This document shows, one piece after another, positions 37,201 to 52,200 of a stretch of 64,000 nucleotides of DNA. How positions within the stretch are numbered: the first letter of the stretch is position 1; every line of letters starts with the position of its first letter. Under the pieces are notes generated by a model that saw only the letters and a list, made by a program, of their open reading frames with translations, searched no databases and had not been told where the DNA came from. A program made the position numbers and the translations under genes. The stretch is from Bugula neritina (taxonomy: Eukaryota > Animalia > Bryozoa), in assembly GCA_964035545.1 (NCBI GenBank), contig OZ037765.1:34930080-34994079 (forward strand), read 5' to 3'.

Positions 37201-40200
37201 GGTACTGTGGCTGGTACGTCGCCTCTGCTTCTCGCCGGCCGCCGAGGGCCGGGGGCCCAGGTCCGATGAATCGGTCCTGGCGCCTGATCCGACCCGTGCC
37301 AGCACGACCCGAAGTGGTTGGGTGGCTGCCGGTTGGGGTGTCGCGGCAGGCTCCCCTTCTTCTTCACGAACAGGCCTACACACGGGGAATCCCAGGGCGA
37401 GAGCAGCCCGTTTATGGGGATCGGCCACGTGTGGCAGTACCAGATCCCAAAATTCGGGAAAGGAGGCCTGGTCTACAGCGAACGTGTAGCTCGTGTGGCA
37501 GTGAGCTATGCGCTGATGCCTCAGCACATAGTCCCTCTGGTAAGAGATTTTGCCACATGGGCAAAGCAGGTTGATGTAGTGCTGTGGGGCGTGTACACGC
37601 AACCGCCGTGCAGAGGAGAACTTCCTCTGGCACTGGTGGCAGATGCGGTTGCCCGGCTCACCGCAAGCTTCACCAATCCTAAGATTGGTGGGTCCAGTCA
37701 CCCAATACTGGCGGGCGACCAGGACCCGAGGCAGGGCCAGTATTGGGGAGTCATCTTCTTCGGCTGCGAGGTGGTCGCCGTGTAGGATGCCCTGCTCCTT
37801 CCCGGCCGTGAGCTGAAGCTCGACCGGTTTGGGGTCAGGGCCACTAACGATGGCGGAACACACCTCTGTGGAGGAGGTGACGTCCTGCTGGCTGTGAGAA
37901 GCCGAAGCAGGAGCCGGTGGGAAAGGGGAGTCGGACTGACTGGCCTCCTCGGTGTCCATACGCTCCTCTAGAACAGATAGTAGAGGCTGTGATAAGCCGG
38001 TCTCACTATCGCCGAAATTCGGCATAGGTGTGTATGGGGCCAAATTAAAAACCGGGGGCCAAGGGGTATCGCAGAAATTGACTGAGCCCACGTCATGATT
38101 CAATAAAGTATCAATGACACAGTCATCTCCGAGATCCATCTCGGCCTCCGGTTCTAAGTAATCAGACCCAAGTAAGTCTAATAAAGACCAGTCTACACTA
38201 GTTTGACTAGACTCCGTAACTGGAGGATCTAATCTAAATGAAATACCTGATTGCGTGTCTGGTAAAGTAATTCTCATAGCTGCTGATAGCGTCTGGAGAA
38301 CAGTATTTAAATCAAACTTGGGGGTATCAGGATCAGAATTCAACTTAAGCTGTAACTGACGTGCTAGCTGGGTGAAATCAGAACTAGAAATGGCCGAACC
38401 TCGTGCTTCAGAATTATTACCTGCCAAAGCCCGAGTCGCGTGGCCCGTGGGAATTTCCACCGGATTTCGAAAAGACAACTCGCGTGATCGAATGTCTTCC
38501 AAAATTCGGTCGGCCATTTCTTCTTCTTGGTGGAATTCTCCAGGGTGATGGAGGGAATTTCCAACCAAGATTAGGTGGTCGTCAGTACGGGGGGGTTGTC
38601 CTCATGAGGGGGCCACTCTAGGTGCCCTACAGCATAGTCTGCCAGATACCTGGGGGGTCTTCTTGATCGCTGGCTCCTCTCAATTGGAGCAGGCACCGGT
38701 GGTGTTCGTGGCTCCTGAGCTACCCTAGTAGGGGGATCTCCGCCTTCACCCAACACGGGGGTGGGGGTGTCCTCCTTCAGGGAGGGTGGTGGTCCTAGGG
38801 CTTGCTGCTGTTCCTGTTCCCGCTCCTCTCTCTGCTGTCGCTCTAGCTGCTCTATCAAGGCGGCCTGCTCCTGGTCTGCCTCTCTAGGAACCATAATTTC
38901 CACCTCTCGGGGCTGGGTGGCCCGTCCTCGACGGTTGGGCTGGCGGTGGGGCTCCAGGAGGGGTGGAGCCTGACCCACCGCGTCTGGGCTAGCATGATAA
39001 GGTTTCAGGCGCTGCTCGCTCTAGACGGAGATTTGTCCAGAGCGCTCCACACGGTACGTGTGGTTGGGCAGCACCTTCACTACGCAGTAGGGACCGACGA
39101 ACTTGGGCTGAAGCTTAGCCGACTGTCCGCCTCGCCTACGGTAGCTCACCATCCAGACCCAGTCTCCCACCTGGTACAACGGGGGCTCTTTTGAGTCCTC
39201 TGTGCAGGTCTGCCACTGCTGGGTACGCAGCGCACCGTGAGCTTTGCCCATGATGTCTATCAGACCCTCCACATATTCGTGTACCGGTGACTCGGGGGCA
39301 GGAACATGGTATGTCAGGTGTTCCGGGACCCGCGTCTCTCGGCCTAGCATCAAGAAGTTTGGAGTCTCCTGCGTGGCGGAGTGTGGTGTGCCACGGTAAG
39401 CCCGCATGATTTGCGGCAGCACCACGTCCCATTTTTCCTGACCTCGACCAAGGAGCAGGCTCCTGAGCGCGTCACCCAACATCCTGTTGTTCCGCTCGAC
39501 GACTTCGTTCCCTTGCGGGTGATATGGGGTGGTCCGACTCTGGTTCACCCCCCATATCCGGCAGAGGTCTCCCATGAGCTGGGACTGGAACTGGGCACCC
39601 TGGTCCGTATGTATCTGCTTGGGCAAACCAAGGTAACAGAAAACATGTTGGTCCAGGGTCCGGGGCAACGTGGGGGCGGTTGCGTCTGAAATAGCCAGAG
39701 CATCCGCCCACCGGGTAAAGTGGTCCGTGAGCACCAGTATTCAGGTGTTCCCTCTGGCGGATAACGGCATAGGCCTGACGAGGTCTACCGCCACTACTTG
39801 CCACGGTCGTTCAGCGTACAGCCGGCGTCGACCAGTGGTTTCCGTGGGGCGGCCATGCTTGCTAGCTTGGCAGACCTCGCATTGCCGTACCCGCAGTCGT
39901 ACGTCCCGAGTCATTCCAGGCCAATACCAACGCAGCCGCAGACACCTGATGACTCGACTGACTCCAGAATGAGCCTGCTTATGGGTGTCCCAGATCAGTT
40001 CCCGCCGGAGGGCGCGTGGACAGACGACGCGGTCCCGCTCCTGCTGACGGTTGTCCGCTGCTAACGTTATCATCAGGAGGCCATCAGGACTGACCTTGAG
40101 GGCATCCCAGCGACGACAGAGGAGTTGGAACTCAACACCTCCCTGCCGCTGCTGTTCCTTGCTAGGTCGTCGGCCCTCCTTCTTGGCCCGGAAGATGTCC

Positions 40201-43200
40201 GCTACCGCGCCGGGTAGCGTCTCCTGGAGTCGGCACAGCTCCTTGACGCTCTGGTGCAGAGTGGGGTTGGCGTGGAGCGCCTGGACACCGTCCTGGTGGG
40301 TTTCGGTCCGAAGATGGACGTGCTCCCACCAGTAGACGGTGCCCTCCACTAACTCCGCTTCCACGTCAAGGCGAGCGGGTCCCCCGTTCCGCTGCTCAAT
40401 GTGTAGGCATTGCTTACAGTCCTCTACCGGCCGGCGGCTCATACCGTCGGCGTTCCCATGCTTCCAGCCTGCACGGTGCTCTATCCGGTGAGAGGACTCA
40501 ACAAGAATCTCTAGCCAACGAGCTACTCGGCTCGAGGGCTCTGCACGTTTACACAGCCATATCAGTGATGCATGGTCTGTTCGCAAACGGAACGTTCTCC
40601 CATACAGATATGGTCGAAAGTGCTTGACCGCCTTGACTACTGCTAGGAGTTCCTTCCTAGTGGTGCAGTAGTTCTTCTCGGCGGCCGCGAGAGTCTTGCT
40701 GTAGTAAGCCACGACCACCTCACTTCCACCCTGGACTTGAGACAGGACAGCTTCCACGCTGTGGTCGCTGGCGTCGGTGTCCAGGATGTACTCCTTGGCT
40801 GGATCAGGATACGCCAGAATTGGCGCCTCCATTAGCCGTTGCTTGAGGTGGTCGAATGCCTGCTGCTCCTTCTGCGTCCACTGCCACCGGACCCCCTTTG
40901 CGGTCAGGTTACCCTCCTAGGCCCAGGAATGCACGCAACTCAGGGAGGTCACGGGGGACAGTCCACTCCTTCACAGCCTGTACCTTCTCTGGATCGGTAG
41001 CGACCCCATCACGGCCAACCACATGGCCCAGGTACGTGACTTCCGGCTGCAGGAGTGCACACTTAGAGGGCTTCAGCTTCAGTCCAGCTGCCCGGAGACG
41101 GTCAAAGACCTCCCGCAGATGACTGACATGAGTCGAAAAGTCTGGGGAAATGACAATGACGTTGTCCAGATAGATGAGGAGGGTCTTCCAGTGTAACCCA
41201 CTGAGGACCTGCTCCATGAGCCGTTGGAAAGTTGCCGGGGCGGACGTTAGTCCAAATGGCAGTACTTTCCACTTCCAGAGCCCGTCGCGAGTAATGAATG
41301 CTGCTTTGTCCTGGGCATCAGGACTGAGGGGCACTTGCTAGTACCCGCTAAGCAGATCCAAAGTACTGAAGTACTTGCTACCCGCGAGGGCATCCAGAGA
41401 CTCATCTATCCGTGGGAGAGGGTAGGCGTCCTGGATGGTAACGCTGTTGAGTCTGCGGTAGTCCACGCAGAATCTCCAGCTACCATCCTTCTTCTTGACC
41501 AGGACTACTGGGGAGCTCCACGCACCGTGGGCAGGCTCAATCATATCCCGGTCGAGAAGATCCTGTACCTGTCGGCTCACCTCCTTCTCCTTCTCCAGGC
41601 CTAGACGCCAGGTAGGCTGCCTGATGGGAGTGGTGCCAGTTGCCAGGGGTATCTCGTGGGAGATAACCTTAGTCAGCCCCATGTTTCCATCGCCACAACT
41701 GAAGACATCACTGTACTTCGCGAGTAGTTGAGCCAGTACTTGGCGTTCAGTACTACTCGTACAGTTTCCGCATGCTCCACCATACAAGTTTGACCCTCCT
41801 ATACCTGTCAGAGGCTTGAAGTGAATATCTTTCAACCATTGGTTTGTGAGTAATATCTCTGTGCATAACACGGTTGTTGTAGGATTGAATTATCTTAGCC
41901 ATATCTCTATACGCAGGGCTGGCCACCAAAAGTGGTGCTGAGCCCTCACTCTACACTCATGTACCCCCTGATGGCCCTTGTGACACATTTCTAAATGTCC
42001 TGACCGTATAAAGACTAGGGAATATACACCCCGGATTTGTACATTAGCATATTATTATAAGCTGGTAAATAATGTAGGACTGTATAAAGCCGTGTTAGCC
42101 CACCTGTCAAAGTGCTACCATTTTTGGTTGTGCAAATTCTATTACTTTGATACTGATATGGTCTGAGTTTGTAGTTTTTAGCCTCGTTTCTAATATATAT
42201 TATCATAACACTCACTCTAGCACTCAATACCAACCATATGGAGCTCAGGCAGATTAGAACGTTGCTGTGCTCACCATGTAACAGATCTTTCATACCTGTA
42301 TGTTATGTTACAGCATCTCTTCACTGAAGAATCTTGAGGTATTGGATATATCATGGAATAACCTACCTGAAGGTCTACCTGACAATATATTTACATCCTT
42401 ACTATCATTGAGAAAGTTGTACATGAGGAACTGTAAACTGTCATCTCTACCAAACAGGTGTGTATTATATTATAGTGTAGAATGATACTGTAATATATAT
42501 AATATCTCATCAGTAACTCAGCAACTGTCTGCATACATAGCAAAGGTTTCTACAGTTACACTCAAGTTGAGGATATTCTGTCAATATTTAAAATTATTCA
42601 AAGTTATTCTATAAAACTCATTTGTTAACTGGCATTTTAACTTGAACAGTTCTCAGTCTATAATTTGTCTATAGAAGAAACTGCTTTCTCTGTTTATCAA
42701 AGTTATCTTCCCTCTAATATAACCAACTCTGTCACTCACACTTCTGTTATTTCATATTGGACCTCTGCAGCTCAAACCGAGCTGTCACACAACTTATTTA
42801 AAGTCTCTCCAAATTCTCATTTACTACTTGACTGCTAACTGACTCCGTTAGTTCTCAGTCTATGATTTGCCAAATCCTAGGCTACAGAATGAGTTCATAC
42901 CTGTATGTTATGTTACAGCATTTCTTCACTGAAAAATCTTGAGGTATTGGATATATCAGGGAATAAACTATCCGAAGGTCTACCTGACAATATATTCACA
43001 TCCTTACTATCATTGAGAGTGTTGGACATGAGTTACTGTGAACTGTCAATTCTACCAAACAGGTGTGTATTATATTATAGTGTAAAATGATACTGTAATG
43101 TATATAATATCTCATCAGTAACTCAGCAACTGTCTGCATACATAGCAAAGGTTTCTACAGTTACACTCAGGTTGAGGATATTCTGTTGAGACTAGAGCTA

Positions 43201-46200
43201 AGCTGTCACATTTCTAAATATCCTGACCTTGTAAAGACTAGGGAATATGCACCTCGGACTTGTACATTAGCATATTATTATAAGCTGGTAAATAATGTAG
43301 GACTGTATAAAGCTGTGTTAGCCCACCTGTCAAACTGCTACCATTTTTTGGTCGTGCAAATTCTATTACTTTGATACTGATAGGGTCTGAGTTGGTAGTT
43401 TTTAGTCTCGTTTCTAATATTTCTTATCATAGAGGTTAGTAGTCTCTCTGATAGAACTTACATATGACTCAATGTCACCATTTGATTCCTCACACTGCTT
43501 GCAATGTGGGTAGACCTACTCAGTGTCTCAGCTATGAACATGTCTTTGCCATTTCTTCACCTTTATCAGTGTCCTCCTCTCCCTAGATAATATCTCTTGG
43601 TTCTCACAGTGAATATATATCTCTGTTTCTTGAGCTCACTCTAGCACTCAATACCAACCATATGAAACTCAGGCAGAGTAGAATGTTGCTGTCCTCACCA
43701 TGTAACAGATCTTTCATACCTGTATGTTGTGTTACAGCATATCTTCACTGAAGAATCTTGAGGTATTGGATATATCATTGAATAAGCTATCTGAAGGTCT
43801 CCCGGACAATATATTCACATCCCTACTATCATTGAGAGAGTTATACATGTGGTACTGTGAACTGTCAACTCTACCAAACAGGTGTGTATTATATTATAGT
43901 GTAGAATAATACTGTAATAAATATAATATCTCATCAGTAACTCAGCAACTGTCTGCATACATAGCAAAGGTTTCTACAGTTACACTCAAGTTGAGGATAT
44001 TCTGTTGAGACTAGAGCTAAGCTGTCAGCAATTTCTATGGCATCACAGCTGCCATAAGGCTTTGGTTTACTGGTCATAAAATAATTTAAGCTTTCGTTAG
44101 TTTCTGTATTTGAATTTTTTAAAAATTAGCTCAAAGTTTGGGTATCTAATGAATTTAATCTAGCAAGAAGAGAAGCAGAATAAGTGGTAGTTAAATTATC
44201 ATTGGGCGTCAACACTGACTTAACCATGTTTTTTTACACTTTCATTCAGCTGGTAGAATTGAAAACACAATTGTTTTTTTTTGTTCAAGGCAAGACAACT
44301 TTGCATAGAAAGGAGTAGATTTTTAGTCAATTTCATGGAAGAGTAGTGATTTACACATTTGACAAAGTTATGTTAGCAGATTTAACTAAATACTGGTATT
44401 CATTTCACCCTTACTATTGTAAGTTATGTAGATAATACCAAATCTAATTCTAATTAGTCGAGTATTAGATATACTACCCAGCTGCAGGCTAGGATAGCTA
44501 TACAATAACTATTTGCAGTGTGCAGCTATATGTATGTGGTGTAAACAGAAATGATTATTAAGATATGATTATTAGATTTTGTGAACAATGCATAGAGTAC
44601 TGTGATATCTAGTGACAACATTTACCAGACGACAACAAAATATATAATTTTTATATCAACAAACCCTGCCTTTATTTGAACTCTCTATTTTTTGTGATGT
44701 TTACCAAAGCAGTTCATTCAAAGGTCAAGGATACATTCTTTAACTATAATATATAGTCATTTTATAACTTTCTATATTACCCATTAATGTAATGAATATA
44801 TTTGCAATGTTAACTTCTAGACATTATCACTCAACAAAGAAGGTGCTCTTATTTCTGCATAAAATCAAATTTTTGATATAAAAGTTATCATGTGATAATA
44901 AAGATGCTTCAACTTGTACTGACAGTGTATAGTGTTCTATTTACTAGCATACAGAGTCTACAGAAGTTGGAACAACTGAGCATATCAGATAATAACTTCA
45001 CCAATTTACCATCTCCTGTGTACACACTGAGTAGTCTGCAGAAACTGGATATATCTCATAATGTGTTCCTGACATCCTTAGATCCTGAGATACTACAGCT
45101 AACTCAACTTCATAGACTGAATGTTGATTTTTGTATAGCTCTCACATCTCCTCCACTAGAAATATGTAAGAGAGGAGTGGATGCTGTGAGACAATACTAC
45201 ACAGACTTGGCTAAAGGAGCTGGTAGAAGTCTACCATTTGCTACTATAGCTGTGCTGGGTAATACGATGGCTGGGAAGACCAGTCTAATCAAAACATTAC
45301 AGAATGCTGACAGAAAGAGAGTTCTGACTAACAGAGGGCCAAATGCTGTGAAAGATGAAACAACAAAGGTGTTTAATGTTGAAGAAGTGGAGGTGGACAG
45401 TACAGTACTCCGTGTCATTGATATGGGAGGCCAGGAGGTCTACCATATCACCTATCAACTGACACTGAGACAGAATTGTATTCCAGTCATAGTGGTCAAC
45501 ATGGAACAGTATGAGGAGATTTCAAGTAAATCAACACACAGAGAAGCTGTTAGAAGATTAGCCTTTGATTACATGTCTCACCTCTATCTGGCTAACCCAG
45601 CTCTGGGTGCTCCAAAACTTATCTTCACACATAAAGATAAGTTTCAAAATGGGGAATTTCAGAAGCTCCGAAAGAACTTTCTAGAAACTTCCAATCAGCT
45701 GTGTGAGGAGATGATTAAAGAAGAGAAAGCATTGGGAGGAGAATTTGCTCAAATCAAATATTTCAGTGAATCAACTGAAGGAGTCTTTCATGGTGAGGAC
45801 ATTTATGAGGTGGGGAAAGATGATAAGTATGAAGTGTTTGACCTGATCAAGGAGTGTCTTCTTCGAAGCAGTCAACATTTTGTGAAACCTTTACCTCTGG
45901 TCTGGGAGGAAGTGAATGAAAAAGTGCTGTCTATTCCCTCTGTTTACAGCACCTTTGATGAGATACTGAAATACGTGCAAACAGAACATCAACACATTGA
46001 GTCAAGTCAGCTGGACATAATCCTCACATATATGCATGACTGCGGCAAAGTCTTGTGGTATAAAGATATCAGCTCTCTCCGGCCATACATATTTCACAAA
46101 ATTTCACAAGTCACCAAACTTCTTTGTGTCTTGTATCATCATGATCCTAACATATGGCAGAGTAGAGTTGACAAGTTCCAGCCATACTTTTCAAATGATG

Positions 46201-49200
46201 GGATGCCTGTTGAAAAAGAAGACTTTGAGAGATTTGTTAATCATTTCACCAAGACTGGTTTGATGATGCAATGCCTTCTCACTCATCTGGTTAAACAAGA
46301 AACACCATTTACTGGTCTGGAAGACGTAGAAGTTGCTGTTTGCTTGCTCCTCACATTCCGTTTGTTATATGGTCCTTTACCTGGTGATTCCAAGGAGCCC
46401 TGTTTTATTGTTCCTCAGTTTGCTAGCGACCTCTTTGATACCTCTCACTCCTCACCAAAAAAAATGCTCCTTCGAGTTGAAACTACATTCAATGGTCTAG
46501 CCCTGCCACACTATGCCTACCACCAGATGAGTGTTGGTTTGTTAGAGTTGTTTCCTGATGAGTTTGCTGTGATTAAAGTGAGAAGAAATGGAGCCAATGT
46601 ATATCAAGATGGAATCTACACACAGCTGGTACACGACTACAAATCTAGAAAGGTGTCACTCTACGTATCATCTAATGTCGCGAACATCAGCAGAATGTGG
46701 GAGAGACTCATCACCAACAACAACAATATCCTTAGACATGTTCTACAAACTTGGACAGCAAGTAGACCAGTCACTACATGCTACTGTGCTCACTGTCTTC
46801 TGCTAGGACTTCCTTGCCCTAAGAAAGTGCAACGACCTCCTTGGTGTCTTCGTTCTTTGAAACTTTCCACACCAAGTACCAGACTGTGTAGTGGATCTTC
46901 AACAACTCTGTGTGGTGATGAGGAGGTTCCAAGTGCTCTGCTCTACCCATGTATGTTTATTTGCATTGTGGTGTGGTGCCTGTAAAATTATATTTTACTG
47001 CAATTCACCAAATGTGTGCATTTATTTGGAAAGGAATTATTCATTGATATAACTAGGATAATAGTGTGATTTCACGACACCCGACTGTATTTACAAGCAA
47101 TTCATTGTTTCAGGTGAACCACTGTCTGAACGAGAAGCTGATAAGTTGGAAATGTTTGTGAAGGAACTGAATATTCGAGGAGCTCAAGAAAGATCAGCTA
47201 ATTCTGGTGAATACAATGTTACCAGTCTTTACAAGCTTGTGTTCCTTAAAAGTTTTATTTTAATAAAAATTCTTCTCGCAAGAAATTCCTGCATTGCATC
47301 TAAATACCAAACTGCTAGCTATCATAGTACTATGTTTTTTACTTATTCCCTGTGTTGCTAAGTATTGTAGTCAGTTTATACTTTATAGTCGCCAACAGTA
47401 GCCAATCAGATCTCCTGACCACCACAATAACAGCCAATGACGATCTCAGTGATCTCTCTGATGATGAGGAGAATCTGTACCCTGATGGAAAGGAAGTTGA
47501 AGATATGAAGTTTATAAGACTCAGACTGAATCCCACCAGTAACCCAAAGATAAGACAGCTGTTCTCAAACACTGACAAGGTGATCACTTCTCATGTCTAT
47601 GTCTATTCTTGCCAGTTGTTTAGTTCAGTAGTAACAAATATTTCTCTGTTACATCCAGGTGTTTACCATGACTAGAAAAAGAGGAAGAGCTCTGATAATA
47701 AACAACATGAACTTTGATAAGAGACCAGACTTGTATAGGAAAGGTTCAGATGTGGATGTTGAGAATATGTCTGCCATGTTGAAATCTCTCAAGTTTGATG
47801 TTGTGACACACACAGACTTGAAGGCTGAGGTATGTTTTATTAGGAATATTAAATACAATATTTCATTTTGATTTACTGTTTAAAAGTTATCTAAAAACAG
47901 TTAAATTCCTAAAAGCACTTTTATTAGTTGTAGCAACTTTTCCAAATTTTGATAAAACTTCTGCCATGTGATCTACAATATTTGTAGGAAATGATGTCTG
48001 CTGTAAAATCTGAGGTGACAAAAGAGGAACACGGAGATCTGGGGTGTCATGTGTTGGTTATCATGACTCATGGAGGGCTAAACAACCACATCTATGGTAC
48101 AGACCTGAAACGAGTGAAACTAACAGATGTGTATGACCTTCTGACCCCTTTGAACTTCCCAGGAATGGCTGGTAAACCAAAGGTTGTTATACTGGAAGTC
48201 TGTAGTGGAGGTAATTATTTGCTACAGGAAAATGAATACTGTTCTTGTTTACACAGTCTCGTTTTAGATGACATTATTCAGATATTTATATAGTACATCA
48301 AGTGAAATTACTATTGTAGTAGAAATTTAGGTAAATATTATCCTTTAGCACTGTTGGTGGTAGATTGTCCCCTCCTGTATTCTATGTTATATTCCATCGA
48401 TATATATATTTTATATTATACTAATATTTTAACACTATAATTAGAAGTTAGTTTATAACCGTGATATAAGATATTAGTTGATCTCCAAAGGGTAGTATTG
48501 TTGTGAAATTATGCTTCACTGCAATCAATGGGTCTATTTAATGAAAGCCACTACACCAGGTTTTACTAATTGCTAAGAGTGTATTTACTTCAAATTACGG
48601 CATAAAAGAATAACAAGTCCAACATAAAACGATTACATAATTGAGAGCTCACTACACACAACTGTACATTAACAAGTCCAAGTCCTCTCTGCCGGTTACA
48701 CTGCCTAACCGGCTTCCACTACAGTTTGCAGCTACGCCCACTAATTAGCATGTCAGTCCTCCTTGATTGGCCAAGACAATCAGGCCATTCTAGTAGCATG
48801 ACACCAGCAGCATCCTCAACTGTCGGGGAGAAGTATCCTTTCGATACAAATACAAAATACTAATAATCTACTAATAATACAATTAATAATACAATTACCA
48901 CACTATGAAAAACCCTTACACTCTCCCTTCCTATCGAAAGGTACTTTACAAAAAAAACAAGTAAAAAGAAATATAAAACAATACAAGGGTAACACAATCA
49001 GAATAAATATCACGTACACTTTAAAACATCGAGAGCAATTAACAGCTCGCCAGCAGGGTTTGATGTGTCTCTTCGCCAGATCATGTAGGGGAACACGAAT
49101 ATAGGAAAAGGGGTTGTGCGTTCACACATCTGGTCCTGTAGTCCTGGATGCAACCACACGAAGGGGGGTTTAGGAACACGCTCATATAGTCAGAGCCAAG

Positions 49201-52200
49201 CACGCATCTCGCCGACGCCGGTGGTCCAGAAGTACAAGCATGGCAAAGGAAAATTCCCCTAAGAAAAGGGGGGGGATCGTCACTATTTCTTTCCTCATAG
49301 GGTAGTGTCGAGCGCCAGCAGTCCATGCTGATTAGTCGGTCGAAATACCGAAGGGGGGGGGTATGGAGTTCGTCCTCAGGCTATTTTTCTTCCGTCTATT
49401 ATTATGATTGTTATTATTATAGTCCATCCTTGTATCGAGATGTAGTTACTTTCATGCAGTATTATATATTGTTGAGCAAGGTCTCGCCACAAAAATGGTT
49501 TTGGTACCGACTGAGAAGAAGTTTTAACAAATCTCTCACTTTTATTAATTTTCTTCTAAATCGTAAAAACTACAAGTAACATAAAGAATACATATAGGTG
49601 TGCTAAAACTCATACAATACAGTTGTTCAAATACCAGCAAACATCACGATATAATATTAAAATATAACAGCAATAAAAATTGTAATAAAAGACATAAAGC
49701 ATTATCAAGTTAAAAATAGCAAAGAATAATAATAAAATACCTTTATTCTCTTGACGAGCTTGCTATAATATCTTCAAAATTTAGCTCTTTGTCACTTAAC
49801 TTAACAAAATAAGTAGCTCAGCTTAGGCTACATGAGTGACTGTCTTTTTGGAGTTTCAATGCTGCCTTAAATACCAGGGCAATCACAAAGAAAAGGTAAT
49901 TACATCTAAATTTAGCTATAATTAGGGTCAGCTAACTATGGGGCACATGTAATGACCTCATAAAGGAAGATGGATCAGTTCCTGTCAAACCCTAAAAGCT
50001 GACTTCAACAAAGGTGGCGGTTAGGCTTTACCTATTATTAGGCAGCTGACTGCTGCACAGGAGAATGAACTATCTAATAATAACAAATATCACCATTAAA
50101 AGCTAAAAATAAAAGTTCTAGTGGTATTTGTAACAAGGGCTATCATGCTTCTTTGTTAGATCCTTTACATATATTACTAATAAATTATTCTATTAATTTA
50201 CGGTTATGTTTATTACTGTCATTACGATTACGATTCGCCTCCTTCAGTACCAATGTAACGTGATCGAGCCACGGGCGAGAAAAGGGAAGAACTCCTATTG
50301 TCTTTTGTTGGTTACTACTGCTCATCATGGGGGTCGTAGGGCACCATCCGCCACGACAGTCACCAAGTCTGCTGTGCAGTCAAGCCAAGCAGTCAAGTCA
50401 AGCTAAGCAGCCGTAGTGTGAGTCAGCACCATGAGCACACGAATGCCAAGAGTCAGTGAACATGCAGATGAGAATGATGGGTGACTGCGTGACGGTGGTG
50501 CCAGGAGAAAGAAGTGCCCGCTCCACTATTAAAGTCTCACCTGCAACAGAATGCCGGAAACTGTTGAAGGGGTTTCACCTGGTCAGTACGACATCTCGAC
50601 TGAGTCTCGCAATCTGGCAACCCACTGATTCTTAACAAATCACGCGGGCGACTGCCTCACTCAAAGTCGTCAGTGAAATTACCTGACTTAGAAAACCAGC
50701 CTTGTCGTTATGATAAAGCTAGACTGATTTTAAGCTACCAGCTTGAATTTTATTTAAATAATAGAATTATACTAGTAGACTTACCATAGGGCAGCCACGA
50801 CGTTAGTCTGCTGCCCACTTAGACCTCGTAGTTTGCCAGCTTGCCAAGTGCGTGCTCGCACGTTGGCAGTTGAAATAGAAGAGAACGCTCTTTGCAGTGA
50901 AAGTGATTACATCACACCCCCTTCCACTAGCAAGCTGGCTTCGCTCTTTTCTATACCCCCAGTAATGTTATTATGATATATATTTACACCACTGGGTAGG
51001 CAACTCACAGTTGTGTCTCCTTGTACTTCGGAAATGCAACTCTCAGTTGCTTATCTCCCCAGATTTTTTTTTATTATAGCTGATGGATGTTTTTCCACTG
51101 CATCACACAATAAATCTTTTAAATAAGATGGAGGCGCCCTAGTGCGTTGCTCAAACTGCCCTGGGGAATTTGCTGCTGCTAGTGACTCTTCCACCACGGG
51201 TGGTGTCGCCAGTACGGGGGGTCCACCAGTACGGGTGGTCCCCTCTCAGCTGCCTCTTCCTCATGAATTTGAGGAAATGCCATCTCATCCGGGACGACAG
51301 GGGTGTTGGCTGGCTCCACTGGTGGTGGGGCCGGCTCGGACCGGACTTCCGGTGTGTCGGCCTCCCCCTCCTGGGGTGGAGGTGGCCGGGGCGGGTCGGG
51401 CGGCGCGTCGGTAGCCCCCTCCTGACCTGGCAGTATCTCCTCTATCTCTCTGTATGCCATGCCTCGCCCCCTCATAGGAGGGCGTCTAGCGGGCTCTAAG
51501 AGAGGAGGTGCTTGACCTGCTGCATCAGGGCTCGTCCAGTAAGGTTTCAGCCGTGCTTCGTTCTGGACCGACACTTGTCCAGACCGTTCCACTTTGTAGG
51601 TGTGATTGGGCATCACCTCAATCACGCAATAAGGACCCACGAAATTCGGCTGCAACTTAGCCGCCTGTCCGCGCCGCTGGCAATGACTGGTCATCAAGAC
51701 CCAGTCTCCCACCTTGTACAAAGGGGGAGTCGTCAGAGTCACCACTCCTGACCTGCCACTGCTGCTCACGTAGCACTTCGTGAGCCGTCCTCATGCGTTT
51801 TACGAGCTCATCCACATAATCATGGACGCTGCTTTCTGGAGCCGGAACGTGGTAAGTTACGTGCTCAGAAACCCTCGTTTCTCTCCCCAACATGAGAAAT
51901 TTAGAGGTCTCCAGTGTACTGGAGTGAGGTGTACTATGGTACGCTCGCATGATTTGCGGCAGTACCAAGTCCCACTCTTCCTGGCTCTTACCGATAAGCA
52001 TGCTTCTCAGTGAGACCCTAGCATTCGGTTGTTCCTCTCCACAACCCCATTCCCTTGCGGGTGATACGGAGTTGTCCGACTCTGGTTTACCCCCCACGTT
52101 TGACAAAGATCGCTCATAAGTTGTGACTGAAACTGGGTGCCTTGATCAGAGCTTTTTTTCGGCAAGCCAAAATAACAGAACACCTGCTGATCCAAGGCTC

